DNA of 64,000 bases, taken from NCBI RefSeq assembly GCF_036321535.1, contig NC_087439.1, forward strand, positions 45,570,001 to 45,634,000, given 5' to 3'. Positions 49,662-63,439 of this stretch are shown here, in pieces. How positions within the stretch are numbered: the stretch's first letter is position 1; each line of letters opens with the position of its first letter. Made by a program: the position numbers and the translations under genes. Under the pieces are notes generated by a model, which had not been told where the DNA came from, made no database searches, and saw only the letters and a program-made list of their open reading frames with translations. The stretch comes from Camelus dromedarius (taxonomy: Eukaryota).

Positions 49662-50410
49662 GTCGGCAGAAGCTGGTTTATCCTGAAACTAAAGAAGTCT
49701 AGGCTAAGGGGCAGCCCCTCCCACTGCTCTTCCAAGGCCCAGAGATTGCCAGGGAAGCAGCCCTACCCACAGGCTGGAAGTCTAGAGTACCACCCAAGCC
49801 TGGGGGCCTCTCTGGGCCTAGAGAGAGGGGCCCTGGGGCTGCCAGGACAACCTCTGTCGCCTCCCAGCAGCCAGAGTTGTTCTGCTGCTGGTGGACCCTG
49901 TACCTCTGATTCCCCTCCACCTGAGAGAAGAATCTACTCCTTCCTCAGGGACTGATCCAGGCTGCCCTGGGAGCCCTGCACGAAGAGGTCAAATGACCAT
50001 TCTGCTGTGCAAGATGGACAGAAGTTAGAGTTGTGATGCTACAAGGATCTATTTTAAAGGATTATTTTTTCTTATATTTGCTGATCAACCATACTAGAAA
50101 AAAAGGTGGGATTTTTTTGCACTCTCTATAGGAAATTTTACAAAATTGGAGTCAAAGAGAATAAACCTAACAAATGTAAGAAAAAATACAAAAATACATC
50201 AAATAATTAATATTACTTTGCTTTTCTGGATTTTATTGTTCATGGTATTTGTCAGCTTTTTACAATTACCATTTGTGTTTTTCTTACTCAAAATTAATAT
50301 TCAATTTTGTACCTAATTTTATATTCTATTTTATATTTCAAACTTTTCTTTGTAATGTTTTCCTTAATGGACTCCCCCAAATTATATAAGCTTCAGGTCC
50401 CACAAAATCT
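49662..50410. mobile_element. Possible hAT-Tip100-like DNA element remnant
   Basis: tttatcctgaaactaaagaag near the start and tataagcttcaggtcccacaaaa near the end resemble recalled MER91/Tip100 termini. Confidence 0.3.
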
Positions 50411-51399
50411 CCTATATGTGTAAGTATAAATAGTAAATGTTTTTAAACTTTATAAGTACAGAATCTGTTTATCACTCTACAAATTTATTTTTTTCTTGAA
50501 ATGCTCCTAGTATTTTTCCACATTGATACTTGCAGCACTGTTTTATTAACCTCATGAATGCACTACAGCCTCTGTTTTCTTTCTTGCTGACGTTTAGGTT
50601 GTTCACGTTCACTGTTACAAAGGACGCTGTGAGGGATGTTCTTGTGCATGTCTCCTTAATGGACAAGTACAAAGGCATACACCTTCCTAAAACGGAATTA
50701 CTGGGTCACACAAGATACACAAATACTGTTCAGAAGATTATCAAAATGGTCTTCAAAAATAAAGTACAAATTTGCACTCATGCCAAAAACTGTGAACCTT
50801 CCTTTTCTCCATATCCTCACCAATCTTTAGAATGATAAGATTTTTTTTAAAAATTTTCCAGTCAGAAACACTGATGATATATGACTTTCTTTGCTTGTCT
50901 CTGAGTAATAATAAGGATATTACTTTCTCGTATGTTCATGGGCATTTGGATTGCTTTTTAATGAACTGCCTATTCATGTCCTTCATTTACTTTTCTGTTC
51001 AGTTGTCCTTCATTCATTCATTTATAAAAACTATTTCTATATTGTAGACATTAATTTTTGCACATTAGATGCACTACAAATATATTCTCCTAGTTTTTGT
51101 CTTGTTTTCTATATTTATGTATAGCATCCTTTACTGAACAGATGTGGTTTTAATTTTAGTATAGTTTTACCAATTTATTTTCTTTATGGCTTGTGCTTTT
51201 TGTGCCTTAAGAAAATCTTTCCACTCCAAGCTCATAAAAATATTAAACTTTATGTCTTTTAAAAGTTTTACTATTTTGCTTTTCACATGCAGGTACTCAC
51301 TCCACTTCAGACTTACTTTTGTCTGTAATGTGAAAGAGGGATCTAATTTCTTTTTTTTCTATATGGGTAACCTTATTGGGTCCCACTCCTTTTGTGGAA

Positions 51400-51969
51400 T
51401 TATACTTCCTATCCCTACTGACTTGTAACATANNNNNNNNNNNNNNNNNNNNNNNNNNNNNNNNNNNNNNNNNNNNNNNNNNNNNNNNNNNNNNNNNNNN
51501 NNNNNNNNNNNNNNNNNNNNNNNNNNNNNNNNNNNNNNNNNNNNNNNNNNNNNNNNNNNNNNNNNNNNNNNNNNNNNNNNNNNNNNNNNNNNNNNNNNNN
51601 NNAGAATTCATTTCCTTGCTTTTCCAGCTTCTGGATGCCTTTTGCATTCCTTGACTCATGACCTCATTCCTCCATCTTAAAAACAAGCAATGCCAGGCCA
51701 GGTCCTTCTCACAGTGCCATCTGTCTGACTGTGACTCTTCTTCCTCCCAGTTCCATTTTTAAAGACTCTTTTGATTACATTGGGCTCACCCAGATAATCC
51801 AGGATAATCTCCCTACTCTAAAGTCAGGTCAGCTGATTAGCAACCTTAGTTCCATCTGCACCGTTAATTCCCCTTTACTCTGTAACCTAACATATTCACA
51901 GATTCTGAGAACTAGAATGTGGACATCTTTTGGTGGGTAGGTGGAAGTGGGCATTTTTCTGCCTACCAC
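51400..51969 (-). mobile_element. MLT1 (B/C/D-like) MaLR solo LTR, partly masked
   Basis: gattacattgggctcacccagataatccaggataatctccc...acatattcacagattctgag...gcctaccac. Confidence 0.85.
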
Positions 51970-52396
51970 TTTGATCAAGGTTCCAAGTCTGTTTCTGGGC
52001 TTTCTATTCCGTTCCATTGTTTTATTTGTCTATCCTGTGCCAGTACCATAGCATCTTAATTACAACAGCTTTATAATAAATTTTGATATCTGAGAGACAA
52101 GCCTCATCCCCCTCTACACACCTGGTATTATTCTTCAATTTTTTTCTTGAATATTCTTGCTCTTCTGATTTTCCATGTAAATTTTAGGATTAGCTCATCA
52201 AGCTGCTTAGTAAGTAGGTTGGGATTTTGCCCTGAATATGTAGTTCAAATTGGAAAGAATTTCTATCCTTAAGTAAAGAATGTTGTATTTTTTCAGTTTG
52301 TCTTTTATGTCATTCAGTAATGTTTTTAAAATACTTTTTTTCTACAAGTCTTTCATATTTATCCTTAAATTCATTCTTAAAGTTATGTTAAAATTA

Positions 52397-52890
52397 TTTA
52401 TCTGTTATTGCCTAATTAGCCCCAAACTTAGTTACTTAGAACAAGAAACATTTATTATCTTACAGTTTCTGTAAGCCAGAAATTCAAAAGCAGTTTGGGC
52501 TATGTGATTCTGGTTCAGAATTTTTCATGAGATTTAAGTCAAGGTATGGCCAGGGCTGCAGTCATCTGAAGGCTTGACTGGGGCTGGAGGATTTGCTTCC
52601 AAGGTGCCTATTGTAGGGAAGCCTCAGTTCCTTACTGGCTGTTGGCAAGAGGCTTCGCTTTACCACTTGGGCCTCTTTTTAGGGCTGGTTTAGTGTCCTC
52701 ATGCCATGGTAACTGGCTTCCACCTACAAGGGATCCAGGAGAGAAAGGCTGAAGCCACAGTATATTACATGACCCAACCTTGGAAATCACACATTGTTAT
52801 TTTTGTAGTATCCTTTTGATTACACAGGAATACCAGGAAGGCAGGGAAAAGGTGATCCATTGGGGGCCATCTTGGAGGCAGGCTGCCACA
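52397..52890 (-). mobile_element. MLT1F/G-like MaLR solo LTR
   Basis: ccccaaacttag...gggctgcagtcatctgaaggcttgactggggctggagg...catcttggaggcaggctgccaca. Confidence 0.85.
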
Positions 52891-54104
52891 CTTATATTTT
52901 TGGTTACTTTTCTAAATGGGACTGTTTTGTATTATATATTTGAATTGGTGATTACTGGGATATAGAAGCACTACTGATTTTTGTATGTTGATTTTGATTA
53001 TCAACTTGCTGGACTCGTCTTAGTTTCAATAGTTTGTAGATTGTCTCAGGCTTCCTATATAACCTATAACATTGCTACAAATAAGAAAAAATTATCTCTT
53101 TATTTCCAATAATACCCTTCCTTTTTTTTTTTGCCTTATCACATTGTCTAGAAGCTTCAATATAATTCAGTATTAGCAGAACTAATGAGTATGACTATTT
53201 CCTGACCTTAATGAGAATGCCTCTGAAGTTTCACCACTGTGTGTGATTTTTCCTATAAATTTAATAAGTTAACTTTATGAGATTAAGTGTATCATCTTGT
53301 ATTCCTAGTTTGATAATACTTAAGAGTGTTATATATTGTCGAAAGCTATTTCTTCATCTATTTAGGTGAACCACAGAACTAAAGTTCTTTAACTTTCTAA
53401 GTAGCGTAGCATATTGGTATTACATATTGCTAGACTTTAAAAATATTTAACCATCCTTGAAATCCTGACATTCTATTTGATCATAATGTATTTTTATACA
53501 CTACTGAATTTATAATGCTATAAAGCATTATAGTTTTCTAGTTTTTCCTCAGAGCTTAACACAGTTCTGTGGAATCTGAGACTTAAATAAATGTTTTGCA
53601 GAGGTTTGTATGCAGAACCCGACTGACAGAGCTCTCGGGTGCTCTCTCACTGTGGTGCTTTTGGTCTGCCAGAGCCCCTGTGCTGTCACCTCACTATTAG
53701 TCATAATAGTCCACACAACTTGCTTATGTGGGGAAAGCTAAGTGAAGACTGAATGCTTTGTCCCTGAAAAAGTATATTTTTAAGCTTGCAGTATATAGAG
53801 GAACAAGATTTGGTACTCTGAGATTGAGTTCCTTTTATACATTCTCACGAACACTGGCTAAATATCTGCAAGCATAGCAATGACCATAGGTAGGAATTGA
53901 AACCCATATGATATTACTCAATATTAGGAGAACCAGAAACTGCCAAGTCTTGGTTTGGAATTCTTTTCTTCATTATTGCTGTTGTTGGGTTTTAATTTTG
54001 GATACTTAAATAGGCACACAGAGATACACTCCAGCACTTACCTACTTTTTTTTCTCCTCTCTTGTTGTAGGAGCCCTTGTAAGTAGGAATCATTCTATTC
54101 AATT

Positions 54105-54570
54105 AAATAATTCAATAAACATGAAGCAACTATTATGTGCTAGGCATGAAGTTTTAGGCTATTGGCACATAGTTGTAAACAAGACAGAGAGCCTCTCCCC
54201 TCATGAAATTTCAGATGGGAAGAAAGAGATTCAAACAATGATATACACGAAAGGGATTATTTGAAAGGGAAAGTTCAGGAGGCTATGGGAACAGATCAAA
54301 AATTAACACAGCCTAGTCCAAAGGATCAGAGAAGACTATCCTAGAAAAAGTGTAAGCTTAGATTTAAAGGGAAATTAGTCTCATACAATATAGCAAGAAA
54401 TGTGTTCCAGGCACAGGGAATGATACAAAAGCTGGGAGGAAAAAAGAAAGCAGGGAATATTCATGGAACTTGAAGGACTGGAAGAAGTCCAGTACTCCTG
54501 GTGCATAGTGTACCATAAGCCTAGAGAGGGAGGCAAGGGGCAGGTCTTGTGAACAGGCTAAGGATTTGGG
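54105..54570 (-). mobile_element. L2 3' fragment
   Basis: ttcaataaacatg...tatgtgctaggc...gtgttccaggcacagggaa...cctagagagggaggcaaggggcagg. Confidence 0.7.
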
Positions 54571-55439
54571 ATATTATACATGACACCTTAATAGGGCTCC
54601 TTGCTCACTGGCAGATTAATTAGTGTTTGTTAAACGATTTAATAATACAAAAGTCAATTGGATTTCCTTTTCTCTACACATCTCAGTAAATGGAAAATTC
54701 CAAACACTACTCCTCAGATAGCTATAGTCATTCCTGGCTCCAGAATCCCCACATGGGCAGATACTAGGGACTGCAGCCTGACTGGAGAGCTGCTAGGAGA
54801 CTAGCATTGAAGCCACGTTTCCACCATAGGCCCACAGCTTATACTAAGACTGTCTGTTCACAGTGGGGCTGTGGAAGGGATACTGGTGCAGGTAGTGGGG
54901 AGGGACCCCTAGAGCTGTGCCCCAAACTCTCATTTGGCCTTCTGATTGGCTGCAGCCTCCTCTGCAAATCTGGGTCTTGATGAACCCTCACAGTTTTAGC
55001 TAAGCAACTTAACCTCTATCTGATTTATTATAAAAGCTAATTTTTATTTTAAGTACAATAATAATGTTATGCTTTTGATGATAGTGTATGTTAATTAGCA
55101 ATTTTCATGTAAGAATCATTTGTGGCAATTTTAATAAAGCTATTTAAAAATATGTAATGGAAAGAAGCTAAAAGGTATGTGTCATTATTAGCAACTAAAA
55201 ACAACCCTACAAGTCAAGAATCATCTTAATTTAATGTAAGATATACCCCAAGGTTGGACAGGCCAGCAGTTGTAAGATACCCTGCTGATTTATAAATTAC
55301 CTTCTATTCACTTTTCAAGAAGAGAAAAACAAAACACAAAAACCTTTGCAGGGGCAAAGTCTCTTTCATTTAACATAACTGTGAGGAAGAGGTTGTTGGA
55401 CTGTAATCAGATTGAAATTGGTGATGGCTGGAGACGCAC

Positions 55440-55920
55440 TACCAGTAGGTCTGGAAAATTCCCCGGAAGCAAAGGAACAAGAGCTTCTGGGATTTGATGT
55501 CAGTCAGAGAAGCAGTTTGGGAAGGGTTGAGGGTGGAGATGGGAAGTTTAGTTACAACTGCTTCCTTTCTTAGACTCTGGAGAGGAAGCAAAATAATACA
55601 GGCTTTGGGGCCAGTGTGTACAGGATGGGGTCAGGCCTTGAGGGGAGAGCAGTGTCTTTGAGGAGAGACACCTCTCCGCCCTTCTCTCCAGCTCTGGGCC
55701 CGTCACTGGGGCGGCTGTGTTTCACCGCACACCCCCGGCGAGGCCGCGCTGAACCGCTGCCTCCGAGAGGGCTGCCGAGATAGACGGGCGGCCCAAGCCA
55801 GGCGTCCAGTGAGGACTCTCCACTCTCCCGCAGTCACTTTTTTTTCTCAGTTCTCCTTCCTCCTCTTTGCTCCTTTTCCTCCCTCTGCTTCTTTCTTTCT
55901 CTCTCACCTTTTGTTTAAAA
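55440..55920. promoter_or_regulatory. Candidate promoter/enhancer: small CpG cluster with GC boxes, kB and ETS sites
   Basis: About 15 CpG in 55677-55830 against a CpG-depleted background; GC boxes tccgccc (55675) and ggggcgg (55708); GGAAAATTCCCC (55453-55464) abutting CCGGAAG; followed by an ~80-nt pyrimidine tract. Confidence 0.6.
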
Positions 55921-56754
55921 AACAAAAATCCCAGCAGGAGTTGTGACTTTCAGGTACCCCAGAATAGTGAAATAAGTTCTCAGCCTTCAATACGTAAACC
56001 TTTTATTAAGAAAAACAGTGGTCACTGTGGCTTTTCTCTGTTGGAGCCCAAGGACAAGGATCAGTGGGGCCATTTCTTTCACTCTCCTACAGAATGTTTT
56101 CCTGAGCTTACTCTCTGGAGGTGAACAGACCCTTTTCGGCAACCCCTCACTTCAAAGCATATAGAAGTCACAGCTCGGTGAGGAGCTTTCCGCAGATGCA
56201 AAACAAGCCATGGCCAGAGGACTGGGGGCCCAGTCTTGCCCTGGGTCCTCTGGCCACTCCAGTCACTCCCACTGTCCCTGGACCGCAGAGCCCACCCCCT
56301 ACATCCTCATGGAACTCGATGGGTGTTTTAGTGTTTGAGCCTGTTTGTGTGTGTAGCCAACACCGGTCTCCCCTACAAGACTGACAGACTCTTGAGAGTG
56401 GGGGCCAAGTTTCATTCTACCGCTTGTCCTCACTGTGGCCTGAGCTGAGAGAAGGTGCTCGGAGGAGAGCTCCGCTTCGCTGTGATCATGAGGCAGAGGC
56501 CCTCGGGTAGCGGCCAGGTCCTCCTTCTCTGAGCCTTCTGCCAAGGACCCTAGGAACACTGCATCCCTTCTCAGTTTGCCTGACAGGTCAAGGCTGGAGA
56601 CATCACTTTCCTAAATTTTCGTTTTACTTACAGTCACTGATCTCTGTTCACATCTGAATCCAGGTCTTTGCTCTGAGGGATCCATTTCTGTAAGAATTGC
56701 ATTTCTCTGGAAAAACCAAGATGGGTACTATGCTTGTCTATCCATAGTAAATAA

Positions 56755-56950
56755 CAACAATAATAACTATTTCCTGAGCACTTTCCTCTGTGTCTTTTCC
56801 TGGGTTAAATGTTTTTCATGCAATATCTTAAATAAGACAGTGTCTCTACAAGTAGTACCATTATTCTTCCCAGATGAGGAAAGAGGTTTAGTATCTTGCC
56901 CAAGGTCACACAGTAGGCAAGCAGTACAGCCTGACCGCAAACGCAGGTCT
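56755..56950 (-). mobile_element. MIR
   Basis: ataactatttcctgagcac...cagatgaggaaagaggtttagtatcttgcccaaggtcacacag. Confidence 0.8.
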
Positions 56951-58060
56951 CACGGTGAGGGGGAGAAAAGGTTTTCTCTCTGAAGATGTTATGTTTCATA
57001 TATAACAGCAACCCTATAAGATCAAAAAATTAAACCTCAGAAAGTAAGGTAGTTTACACAGCACCTCTTTTGTTTTCAGTTATCCTGGCAGAGATATTTG
57101 CATCCTCTCCTGTGCCTGTCTTGTTTTCTTTTCCTATCTGTAGTTATATTCACACAATGACAACTAGACCAAAACAAAAATGCAGTAACACCCAGACTGA
57201 GGATGTCTTACGTACATACTACCGGGCATCTGGCTTGTTAAACGAATCTGGAGTTTTTATTTAATTATAAACTTTTCATTCAAGATTGTGGCACCTTGCG
57301 GGCTCTGTTCTTGTATAATTGCCTCCAGCAAACTCAGAGAGAGTATAAAGTCGAGGTGGGTACAGTGTGGGTGTCTCCGCCAAAGCTACAGATAAAGCTT
57401 TTTTTCTGGTTTTTTTTTTTTCTCTTTTTAAAAGAAAAGCAGAATCTGTAGACCCATCACCATTTTCATGAAGTATTTATTTACCAATTAGTCAGCACTG
57501 TGAACTGGTTGATTTAATGATCTCTCCTATGATTTATGCATAACTTTTATTAATTGAGCCTGTAGAGATGAAGGGCAGATAGAAATTGATGTGGAAATGT
57601 ATCACTCGTCATTCCTTTAAGGAAATACAGTTCTCTTCAACTCTCTTTGCTGTTTTAAGTGTTTCTTGCATTTTAGGTAGAGGGTTATGTCAGTACTGGG
57701 GAATACTCATAGGGAATGGCTCTTGTTTTGGAACAATCCCACCTGCTAACATAGTGAAGAAGACCTTTCATTGATCTGTAAGGTGCTTCTTTATGTTTCA
57801 AGTATTTCCAAGGAAGAAGGCAATAAGCTTAAGCTAAAAAGCAACCTAGAACTTCCAAAATTTCCATCAGCGCAATAAGCTGCTGCTGAGTTATTTTTAG
57901 GCTGTCTGCCTTTAATTCTGACTCTTAAAGAGGAAAACTGAAATAACTTTTCAGTAGACACTAGATAGTTACTCCAGAAATCTGGGACGCTTTTAACAAG
58001 TCTTCATAACTAAAACCATTTCCACACTTCTCAGCAACCAGGTCTGTGCTCCTGTTATTA

Positions 58061-58240
58061 CTGCACTTCTCAGCCTTGGCTGCACATTGGAATCACCTGG
58101 GGAGCTTTAAAAACTATCAACCTGCCTGGGTTCCACCTCCAGAGATTCTGATATAATTGTTCTGGGGTATGGCCTGACCATCAAGACTGTTTAAAGTTCC
58201 CCAGATGACTCTAACGTGCAGCCAAAGCTGAAAACTACAG
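58061..58240. mobile_element. MER5A hAT-Charlie MITE
   Basis: cttctcagccttggctgcacattggaatcacctggggagctttaaaa...cagagattctgat...tctaacgtgcagcca. Confidence 0.9.
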
Positions 58241-60119
58241 CTCTAGGGATATGCACAGAGAGGAAACCTGATAAATAAGTCTTGCACAGAAATCGCAGCA
58301 TGTCCTCAGGTTGCAAATGTTTCTACTAGCCTGAATAATGCATCCCAGGTGAATAATGCATTACTTCTGGTGAACCTTTGTGTCCTGAGCCAAAAGAGTT
58401 TCAGGAGTCACTTGAACATGCCTTTCTTTTAAGGAGGACTGAAAAAGTATCAGTTCTTATACCTTGCTCACCTCTGAAAGCTCAGAACAGAAAGCAGTGT
58501 AGTTGAGCAGTCTGCTCACCTCCTCCACCCCCACTGCACTGTAGAGCCTTGAATTCTCCCAAAGCCACCCTCACTTTTGGAGACCCTTTCGTGGTTTTCC
58601 AGGAGTGGATGCAGGGTCACATCGGGCACAGACATGTTCTCAGGCTTGCCCCTGATGACATTTGTGAGATGACAAGCCAGCATCAGGAGTACCATTTGTG
58701 GACAATGGAACAGATCCAGGTGATCAGAAAACCTAGAGCCATGGCCTCATTAGCAACAGGCTCTGAATAACCAAACAAATAAGGAAATAAGCAAAGTCAC
58801 AGCTCTTGGAGTTGAAAGTCACTTCAAGAAATCACACAGTTTTTCTGCAGAGAGAGAAGGTTTTATTATCCTCACTTGGGAAAGTGGGTTCACTAAGTGG
58901 TGGAATGAAAAGCAGAAACTGGAATTGCAAGTCTTCTTCTAGCACAGACTCTGTTATAAGCCAGGAGCAGGTCTCTGTTGCTTTGCGTTTGGTTTTTGAC
59001 TTCGTGCTATGTGGCCGTTTGTTTTTGTTGCCTTTACCTTGTGACCTTAAGTTCACAGGCCCAGTGATTTGGGGTTCCTCCGCACTAAACTCAACAGAAA
59101 TCCGAGGCTGAGAGCCGTCATTTGCACAGCAGGCTGGGCCTCACAGAGTGATTTATGTGTTTTTACTTGCAGGCTATATTTTAATGCTGAGATTTTTCCG
59201 ATTATCTTTTTGTGTGCACCCGCTAACCACATGGGCTCTTAATTTAGAAAATATTCACCAATTACATGTGGAATTGATACTTTACATAAAAGCAAAAATG
59301 GTGCCTGTTATGTATGTTACTGAAAAATTTGATGTCTTTTCTTTTTCTGGCAACAGAGAGACGTGATCCAAAGAAATTGCTCATTATTTTTCATTTTCTG
59401 TGAGATGAAAAGTTCTTAATTTAAAAGTAGAGCTGCCCCAGCATAAAGATCACATGATGGAATTTTCAGTTTCAGTGGTCCTGAAGACTTTGCCAAGCAC
59501 CAGAAATTCTGCCGGGTGCTCATAAAATTTACTTATTGAAGGCTCTGAATCAAATCTCAATTTGATTTAAACTAAATGTTAAATTTTGTGAAATTAATTT
59601 TGATGTCAAAATCAGATTTTGGGGGAGCTTTGTGGAAAGTAATTCTTCCAGAAACTGCTACTTTGACAGTTGATTATCCAAATATTTAACAGTTTGTGTA
59701 AACAACACTTAAGTAAAAGCTTTAGAACTCAGCTCATATTTAAAAAATAAAATAAAATAAATGAGTATGTTAGTTTTCCGTCTTGCCAAATCTTCCCAAT
59801 AAAGTGAGAATTTCAGCATGTTTGCTGAAGGGGCACTTTGTGATAAAGATAAATCAACCAGCTGTAGCAGAGAATGCTTAGATAACTTTATATACCTGCC
59901 TTTGCAACAGTGCATGACATGGGTTTTTAATTGTTTCGTTGAGTTCATACTAACACAGGTAAAGGAAAGAAAACTATTCCCAAACACAAAACCATAGAGG
60001 ATTTATGTCTGTAATAGGTTGGTCGAAATATGCCTCAAACTTGTCACTTTCTGTAGTTAATATTCTTTATCACAATTACTATCCAAATTATAGAGAACTC
60101 AGAGGCAAAAGTGATATTT

Positions 60120-60295
60120 ATACACACACACACACATGAACACACACTCTTATGTTCATATATGCATACATATACACATATGTATACTTGTGTTTTCCTT
60201 TATAGCTATTAATAAAAGCATATATATAAAAATAATACATACATAAGTATGTAAGTATACATACAGATAGAAATATACATATGTATATATATAAA
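60120..60295. repeat. (CA)/(TA)-rich low-complexity tract
   Basis: atacacacacacacacatg...atatatacacatatgtatac...gtatatatataaaa. Confidence 0.85.
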
Positions 60296-62039
60296 AACAA
60301 TAAGAAATTACTTTCCAGGACAAAATTCTTGGTATAGTTACTTTCTCTGAAATCAACCAAAAGACACAGGAGAGTGAATATTTCCTATGAATAAAAGGAC
60401 AAATGTTTAAAAATTGAGAGTTTTTTCTCAAAAGTTCTATCCTAACTTTTCTCCCTTGAGAATAAGAATTGACATCCTAAACTGTCTGGAAACAGATACT
60501 CTTCCACATTTTGGTTTTACAGCTAATGAAATTCCTCATTATGGCCCCACCTCCACATTAACTTATTTTTAATCCACCTGTAATAAGTGAAGCAGGCACA
60601 AAGTAGACCAAGAGCCAACCAAATACTCCTCTTCTCACACCAGCTAAGGCTAATAATGTCTTCAAACTTTTTTTTCAAACATTTCCCTTTCAATTATCGG
60701 GAAACATTTTTTTGTTTGTTTTCTTTTGTTTGCCTCAAATCTCTCTGAACCTACAAAATCCATTTACCCGAAAGACCTTTCTTCATTTGAATATTTGTCT
60801 CTGTGAAGGACATAGAATTTGGAGGGGGGAAAATGGTCCATGCTCTCTTTCAAACCCAGGAAGGTGGGGTGGGGAGGTGGTGCTACACTTTGAGGCCAGC
60901 GTAGAATTTCCTGGAGTGTGGAGTGGAGCGTTCAAATGGCTTCTCTCCATCAGGACCTCTAGGTGCTGCTGGGAAGAACACTCGCTGAACTTCTCTCTCC
61001 ACACTCGTGTTCCCTCAGACTTTGATTTTGTAATGGGATCTTTGAATAAATTAACTTGAAAGAATATGTCCCAATATTCAGAAGCTACACATTCCTGCCA
61101 CAGTGGGCTGCTAGAAGAAAGAGGTCATAAAACCATGTTTGCTCTCAACATTGAAAATTGAACATCATCAAACTGGGTGTTTGGATATTTTATTACCTCT
61201 CTTCCTACTTGGAACTTTTTTTTCCTATAGCCTCAGGCATGATAATTTTTTTCTTTCCTTAGCAAAATCTATTGACACAATTACTAATTTAGGTTTTTGA
61301 TTGCTCTCCTCTGAGCACCAGCAGATTCCTATGGATTTAACAGTATCAATATGTGCCTGCAATTTTAGACCTTCACAAACACTGATCTCATTCTCAGGAG
61401 GCCGAGAACTCTTGGGTCTCTGTGTTCAAGGTACATGGGGCCTTTGTTACTTCTCATGATCATGCTAAATGAGTTCAAACCACTTTCTCTGAGGTCAAAA
61501 ATAAAAAATTAAAGAGGTGTTAGGGTTGCAAATCACACCTTTTCACATTTCAGCAAACAAAAAATTTTCTATGAAAACGTGATGTTAATGACAACAGAGG
61601 TCAGCGATAACAAAGGATGGCTAACAGTCATCAGTTGGCAAGTCCTTGTGGGAAGAGACAGTGAAGCAGAGCAGGACAAAACACTTTTTTTTAATCTTTT
61701 TTTTGGCAAATCCCTTCGCAGATTTTTAGCAAAGTCTGGAATCCTAGAACTTCAGAATTTAAAGGGATCCATGAGCTCATCTCGTCCAGCCCTCTTGTGT
61801 CACAGATGAGCACCACACTCTGGTTAACTTTATTAGTGTCTCTTCCCCAGCCTCTGCTAAAAGAGTAACATGTACACAGACTGCACAAATATTACATACT
61901 AAACTCATTTAAAACACATTAAGCTTAATAGTACAAATCTAGAACCAGCTGCAGGTGCTTGACTTTCCAGCAGAAATCCCTTACATCTGCCATTTTACAA
62001 GTAACATGCTGTCACTTCTCAACCCAAGGTAATATATTC

Positions 62040-62960
62040 CATTTGCTAATACACTCCACACTGGGCACCCCTTGTGCATTATCCTGTTCAGTCCTCACAA
62101 TATCCCTGTGGAAGTAGTATTTTTTCCTTCCCATTTACACATATGGAAAATGAGGCATGAAGAGGTTCAGTCGTTTGTCCAAAATCCCTGAATAGTGCTA
62201 AGTTCAGCCAAATCTATCTGAATGAAAGCCCTTATCAGAACCACACTGTCTTTTGTGTGTAATGTAAAATCACTCTTATTTGTGCCTTTATGTTGATAGA
62301 AGTGCTTTTTGAGACTGCTTTAGGTGGGCTGGGGTAAAAATATCTCTAACAAGCTTTTACATTGGGGTCAGGTTGACAGTGTAGGGATCAGCTTTGCAAC
62401 AGTAATAAAAGCTGCCCTTTAAAGACAGGATTCAGGTGCGCATCCCCAGTGAGATTCCCTTTAATAAGCCCATTCTCTGTGCCTTGGGTGAAGAGGAAAG
62501 GGAATGAAAAATTTGCAGAATTTTAAAGCAAGATGATACATGAGAAAATCTCTCCAAACCTCTCAATAAACCGATGGGAAAACTGAGGCTCAAAGAAATT
62601 AAGAGATTTGTCACCATTTTTAGATCAAGACAAGTGAGTGGATTGGCAGAAGAAGGGAAGGGAAGACAATTCACATTTATTGAGCACTTACTGTGTACCA
62701 GGCTCAGTGCCAGGTGTCTTTTAAATATCATTTCTTTTCATCAGTCTCCCTCACTGACGGCAGGGATCCTGTCCATGCTGTTTAGTGATGCATCCTTGGT
62801 GCCCATCACACAGCTATGCTAGATGCTCAGTAAACATCACTGTTTGAACATAGTAATGAATTAATTCCCTAAACCAGCTTGAAAGAAAGTCTTACCATCT
62901 CCATTTTACAAACGAGAAAACTGAGATTCAGTGACCCAACCTAGCTTTCCCAGGTTCACA
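62040..62960 (-). mobile_element. Cluster of MIR fragments
   Basis: cccatttacacatatggaaaatgaggc (62130), gggaaaactgaggctcaaag (62577), atttattgagcacttactgtgtaccagg (62675), ccattttacaaacgagaaaactgag (62902). Confidence 0.75.
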
Positions 62961-63439
62961 GAGTTTCCCTAAGCCCACTGACTCCAGAGCCCATAGCGTC
63001 ACACATCAGCACAGAAAAGATACATCTCCAAGCAGATAAACAGATCTGAATATCAACTTTCAGTGCCTTTCTCCCAATTCTTAGCAAGCCTTGGACAACA
63101 GAGACCCGAGTGAGGTCTGTTAATCCTACGATGTCATTATTCTCACAAAACACACTGGGATCCACCTACAATATGCTGTGAGGTATCATCAATAATTAAA
63201 AGAGAACTGCACATCTTAAAATAAATGAGCTCCATACACTGGAACACGATGCGGCCTTGGCTTTCCACTGTTTTGTTTCCAATTCTCTCTGATGAGCACC
63301 CTGCTAGTCATTAGTTAGGAGCATCTGTGAGATTTTCCTGTGTCATGAGACGTCTGGCCATTTTTCCTAGAGGATCCATATTATTTCACGGAGCTCACTG
63401 ATTTTATACACTGCGATATTCACGACACTGTAACCAACA

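Larger units (their letters stand above)
50450..53500 (-). mobile_element. Ancient L1 (L1ME/L1MC-like) ORF2 remnant split by two MaLR LTRs
   Basis: tatgttcatgggcatttggatt...tgaactgcctattcatgtcc; tctattccgttccattg...gtgccagtaccat; minus peptide MERNRKPRN. Confidence 0.75.
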
